Shown here one piece after another: positions 60,759 to 64,000 of a stretch of DNA of 64,000 nt; position 1 is the stretch's first letter, and each line of letters starts with the position of its first letter. The notes under the pieces were generated by a model. The model had not been told where the DNA came from. It made no database searches and saw only the letters and a program-made list of their open reading frames with translations. The DNA is from a bacterium (lineage in GTDB: Bacteria > Fidelibacterota > Fidelibacteria > Fidelibacterales > Fidelibacteraceae). Position numbers and translations under genes: made by a program. The DNA lies in assembly GCA_963676395.1 (NCBI GenBank), contig OY781066.1, positions 352,001 to 416,000 on the forward strand. The letters run 5' to 3'.

Positions 60759-61541
60759 TTATCGTTTTTTCTTCTGTGAGAACATCCACTTCATCAATTC
60801 CGGATCAGCATATGTCGGTTTCCAAGAGCCATGTCCAACCCCGGGATACTCAGTGTATTTAATCAGTTCACCATCGGCATCTTTAATGGCTTTAACCATG
60901 TTACGTGAACGTATAACAGGTACAACGGGATCATCACCACCATGAAAAACCCAAATAGGCATATTGACTAACTTATAGGCTTGCTTTTCATCGGCACCAC
61001 CACAAACCGGTGCTGCAGCAGCAAATGTTTCCGGTAAACGTGATATAAGATCCCAAGTACCATAACCACCCATAGATAATCCACTTATATAAATTCTTTT
61101 TTTATTGATAGGATATTTATCAAGCGTTTGTTCAATTAATTCCATTACCAATGCCATCGTTTCAGAAGGGTCTTCCGGCATATCATGAGCATCCAATGCC
61201 CAATTTATTTCTACCCAACGTTTTTCTTTTGGACATTGAGGAGCAATCACGTAACATGGAAAATCCTTTCTATTTCCTTCATCAACAAAAGCACCCGCCC
61301 CCCAGATCAACTGACGTTCATTATCATTTCCACGCTCGCCTGCTCCATGTAAAAAAATGACTAAAGGGTATTTTTTCAGGAAGCATTTTTTTTGAGGTTC
61401 AAGCAACCTGTACAGCAGTGTATCATTATCATCATTAATATACTGTTCGGCCGAGAAAGCTGCCAAAGCTTCAGGGGACGCCTCTATCGCAAAAGCAAAA
61501 AGGATTAAAAACGACAGAATCAGTATTCGCAAATATTTCAT
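60759..61541 (-). CDS. Secreted alpha/beta hydrolase (phospholipase/carboxylesterase-like)
   Basis: LHGAGERG, GLSMGG nucleophile, HG..D.VVP and GH.SW motifs. Confidence 0.88.
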   Translation of the reverse strand: MKYLRILILSFLILFAFAIEASPEALAAFSAEQYINDDNDTLLYRLLEPQKKCFLKKYPLVIFLHGAGERGNDNERQLIWGAGAFVDEGNRKDFPCYVIAPQCPKEKRWVEINWALDAHDMPEDPSETMALVMELIEQTLDKYPINKKRIYISGLSMGGYGTWDLISRLPETFAAAAPVCGGADEKQAYKLVNMPIWVFHGGDDPVVPVIRSRNMVKAIKDADGELIKYTEYPGVGHGSWKPTYADPELMKWMFSQKKKR

Positions 61542-61724
61542 TTCATTACTCCACTTAGTTTATTTTTACGCTTAAATTTACCGTTCATAGCAGAACAAAA
61601 CAATTTAAGAATATTTTTACAATTTTATCCATATTTTTCACATCAATTTACACTTTACTTTTGCATCACATTTAGATTCGATGTAATTTTAAACGTAAAC
61701 AAAATAAATAGAAGGGTTTTACGA

Positions 61725-62252
61725 ATGGATGTAGTAAAAATTCTACCTGAGGTCAATGAGATCAAAGATGCCGGTTTAAGAAAAAAAGTTATCGACATCT
61801 GGAAGGAAGCTGCAGATTACCGTGGTTGGACAGAAGAATTACTTCTAGCTATACCTTTTACGCTTTTGGCAGAAAATGTAAGTATCCCATTTATCAATCA
61901 TGTTCGTGCGGTATGTCGTATGTGTATGGCTGTCGATGATGTTCAAGAGGTCTTGCATGGTGACCGCCGAACACCCGTAAATCGTGATTATCTTATCGCG
62001 GGTGCTTTACTGGCCGATGTTGGCAAACTTCTTGAATACGAGATCGTAGATGGCAAATCTGTCAAATCAAGTTATGGGCGTTACCTCCGTCACCCCTTTT
62101 CAGGTGTTGGGTTGGCATTCAAACATGATATACCTGAAGAGGTCATGCATGTAATAGCGACTCACTCAAAAGAAGGCACCGGTGAAAAGCGCTCACCCGA
62201 ATCCATTATTTTCCATCATGCTGACTTTATTGACTTTGAATTGGTAAAATAA
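61725..62252 (+). CDS. HD-superfamily protein (HD motif altered to AD)
   Basis: H...V...NRDYLIAGALLADVGK...H...H...AD spacing typical of HD domains. Confidence 0.75.
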   Translation: MDVVKILPEVNEIKDAGLRKKVIDIWKEAADYRGWTEELLLAIPFTLLAENVSIPFINHVRAVCRMCMAVDDVQEVLHGDRRTPVNRDYLIAGALLADVGKLLEYEIVDGKSVKSSYGRYLRHPFSGVGLAFKHDIPEEVMHVIATHSKEGTGEKRSPESIIFHHADFIDFELVK

Positions 62253-62279
62253 GCCAAACATAATTTTAAAAATGTCCTT

Positions 62280-62310
62280 AGCCCTTTCAATATGAAAGGG
62301 CTGTTTTTTT
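62280..62310 (+). terminator. Rho-independent terminator
   Basis: AGCCCTTTCA-ATA-TGAAAGGGCT-GTTTTTTT. Confidence 0.8.
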
Positions 62311-62450
62311 ATTAATAATATTTTCCATCCAACAAAATTGGTCAGTTGTTTTATCACTTGTTATTCAAAAACGAATCATATAATTTCGAGTTACACATTG
62401 GAATACAGGAGCCGATGTGTATTAAACATAAAAACAGAAGGGAACTCAGT

Positions 62451-63395
62451 ATGATGAATCAAGGGAAATTAGCATTTATTTTTCCGGGACAAGGCTCACA
62501 AAAAGTAGGCATGGGTTTGGATCTCTTTAAGAACTACCCAAAGGCAAAAAAAGTTTTCGAAAAAGCTGATACGGTTTTACAATATCCTCTTAGCAAACTT
62601 TGTTTTGAAGGTCCCGAAAAAGAACTAACCTTAACCGCAAACACACAACCGGCAATTTTAACCACCAGTATAGCTTTACTGAGGATATTGCAAGATAAAA
62701 TAGATATAAAACCGGATTTTGTAGCCGGACATAGCTTAGGTGAATACAGCGCTTTAGTATGTGCCGATGCCCTCAATTTCGACGATGCAATACTGGCCGT
62801 AAATAAGCGTGGCACTTATATGCAAAATGCCGTACCGGTTGGGGTTGGTAGCATGGCGGCAATTATCAAAATCAAAGAAGAAACAGTTCAAGAGTTTTGT
62901 GATAAGGTAAGCCGTAAAGATCATATAGTAGTCAATGCAAATATAAATTGTCCACAACAGTACGTGATCTCGGGACATACAAAGGCCGTACAAGAAGTCA
63001 TGGCTCTTGCAAAAGAAAATAGAGGAATAACCATCTCCCTAGCGGTAAGTGCTCCTTTCCATTCTCCCTTAATGCAAAAAGCAGCTGACGAGCTCTCAGC
63101 CTGGTTGGATACAGTCCAGTTTTCTGATTTAAACACTACATTGATAAACAATGCAGAAGCAGAACTTATTGACAAAGGTGACGATGCAAAAACCTCGCTT
63201 GTAAGACAAATGCAAGCATCGGTAAAATGGGAAGCCTCTATGCGAAAGCTTATCGATAAGGGTGTAACAACATTTGTTGAAATCGGTCCGGGTAAAGTTT
63301 TAAGTGGACTTATGAAACGAATCGACAAAAATGTAACAGTATTAAATGCCTTTGATTCTGATAGCCTTGAAGAAACAGTAAAGTTACTGAAATAG
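62451..63395 (+). CDS. fabD: Malonyl-CoA:ACP transacylase
   Basis: FPGQGSQ, TQPA, GHSLGEY, VSAPFHS and EIGPGKVL motifs; start moved to the ATG at 62451. Confidence 0.95.
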   Translation: MMNQGKLAFIFPGQGSQKVGMGLDLFKNYPKAKKVFEKADTVLQYPLSKLCFEGPEKELTLTANTQPAILTTSIALLRILQDKIDIKPDFVAGHSLGEYSALVCADALNFDDAILAVNKRGTYMQNAVPVGVGSMAAIIKIKEETVQEFCDKVSRKDHIVVNANINCPQQYVISGHTKAVQEVMALAKENRGITISLAVSAPFHSPLMQKAADELSAWLDTVQFSDLNTTLINNAEAELIDKGDDAKTSLVRQMQASVKWEASMRKLIDKGVTTFVEIGPGKVLSGLMKRIDKNVTVLNAFDSDSLEETVKLLK

Positions 63396-63441
63396 ATCAA
63401 AGTATTTATTCCCTAACAAATACTTTTATGGGTTAGTATCT

Positions 63442-63807
63442 ATGATTGAAACCGGTATAGACATTATCGAAATAAATAGAATCGAGGATTCTATCAAAAA
63501 TTCTGAATTCGTGAGAAAATATTTTCATCCGAAAGAAATAGCCTATTCAGAAGCAAAACAAAATAGTGCTCAACACTTTGCAGTGCGTTTTGCCGCCAAA
63601 GAAGCTGTTCGTAAAATATTATTATCTCATATTGATAAATTGAGATGGTCTGACAGCTGGATAGAAAATGACAAAACGGGAAAACCGATATTACATTTTT
63701 CAACTGCCATCAATCAAAAAATTAAAATCCATCACTCAAGCGTCAGCTTAAGTCATACAAAGGATACTGCGATCGCCATTGTCATTATGGATGTAACAAG
63801 CCATTAG
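63442..63807 (+). CDS. acpS: Holo-ACP synthase
   Basis: GIDIIE, RFAAKEA, GKP and SLSH motifs. Confidence 0.93.
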   Translation: MIETGIDIIEINRIEDSIKNSEFVRKYFHPKEIAYSEAKQNSAQHFAVRFAAKEAVRKILLSHIDKLRWSDSWIENDKTGKPILHFSTAINQKIKIHHSSVSLSHTKDTAIAIVIMDVTSH

Positions 63808-64000
63808 TCCATCCAATAATCTTAACCATCTCACTCCCTATATTAGGGAGTAAGTCGTTATTTTATTACAAAGCATATTTTATTTTAGAGGATCATAATT
63901 GTCCGTAATTTTATTCCCTTAATATTCAACACATTAGGATGATTGATCGCAAATTGTTTATATCGAAATAATCCGTAATACATTGATCAATCCTACATTT

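Overview
AT-rich bacterial chromosomal window from a probable anaerobe. A secreted protein with an NYPNPFNPST-type C-terminal domain hints at the FCB group, possibly Marinimicrobia-like; this is an inference. Most genes are housekeeping or metabolic: rnz, ptb-buk, tRNA-Ala(GGC), nrdDG behind a cobalamin riboswitch, rsmA-tatD-metG-adk, a shikimate/aromatic cluster with two tandem DAHP synthases and a TyrA-PheA fusion, tsaD, cmk-rpsA, anmK and fabD-acpS. The main accessory element is a complete type II-C CRISPR-Cas locus on the minus strand: tracrRNA, cas9, cas1, cas2, leader, then 32 perfect plus 1 degenerate 36-bp repeats with 32 spacers. The most unusual signal is in the 1505-aa Cas9. All catalytic motifs are intact, but it carries an about 290-aa insertion inside RuvC-III built from tandem 54-59-aa repeats (KP...G...GKYW), plus a second insertion in the REC lobe. 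Its tracrRNA is predicted to be very compact. Other points of note are two homologous spacers taken in the same register from related invaders, and DAHP synthase paralogues that differ at the allosteric specificity residue (Ser31 vs Ile31). All calls are from reading the sequence; no searches were run.
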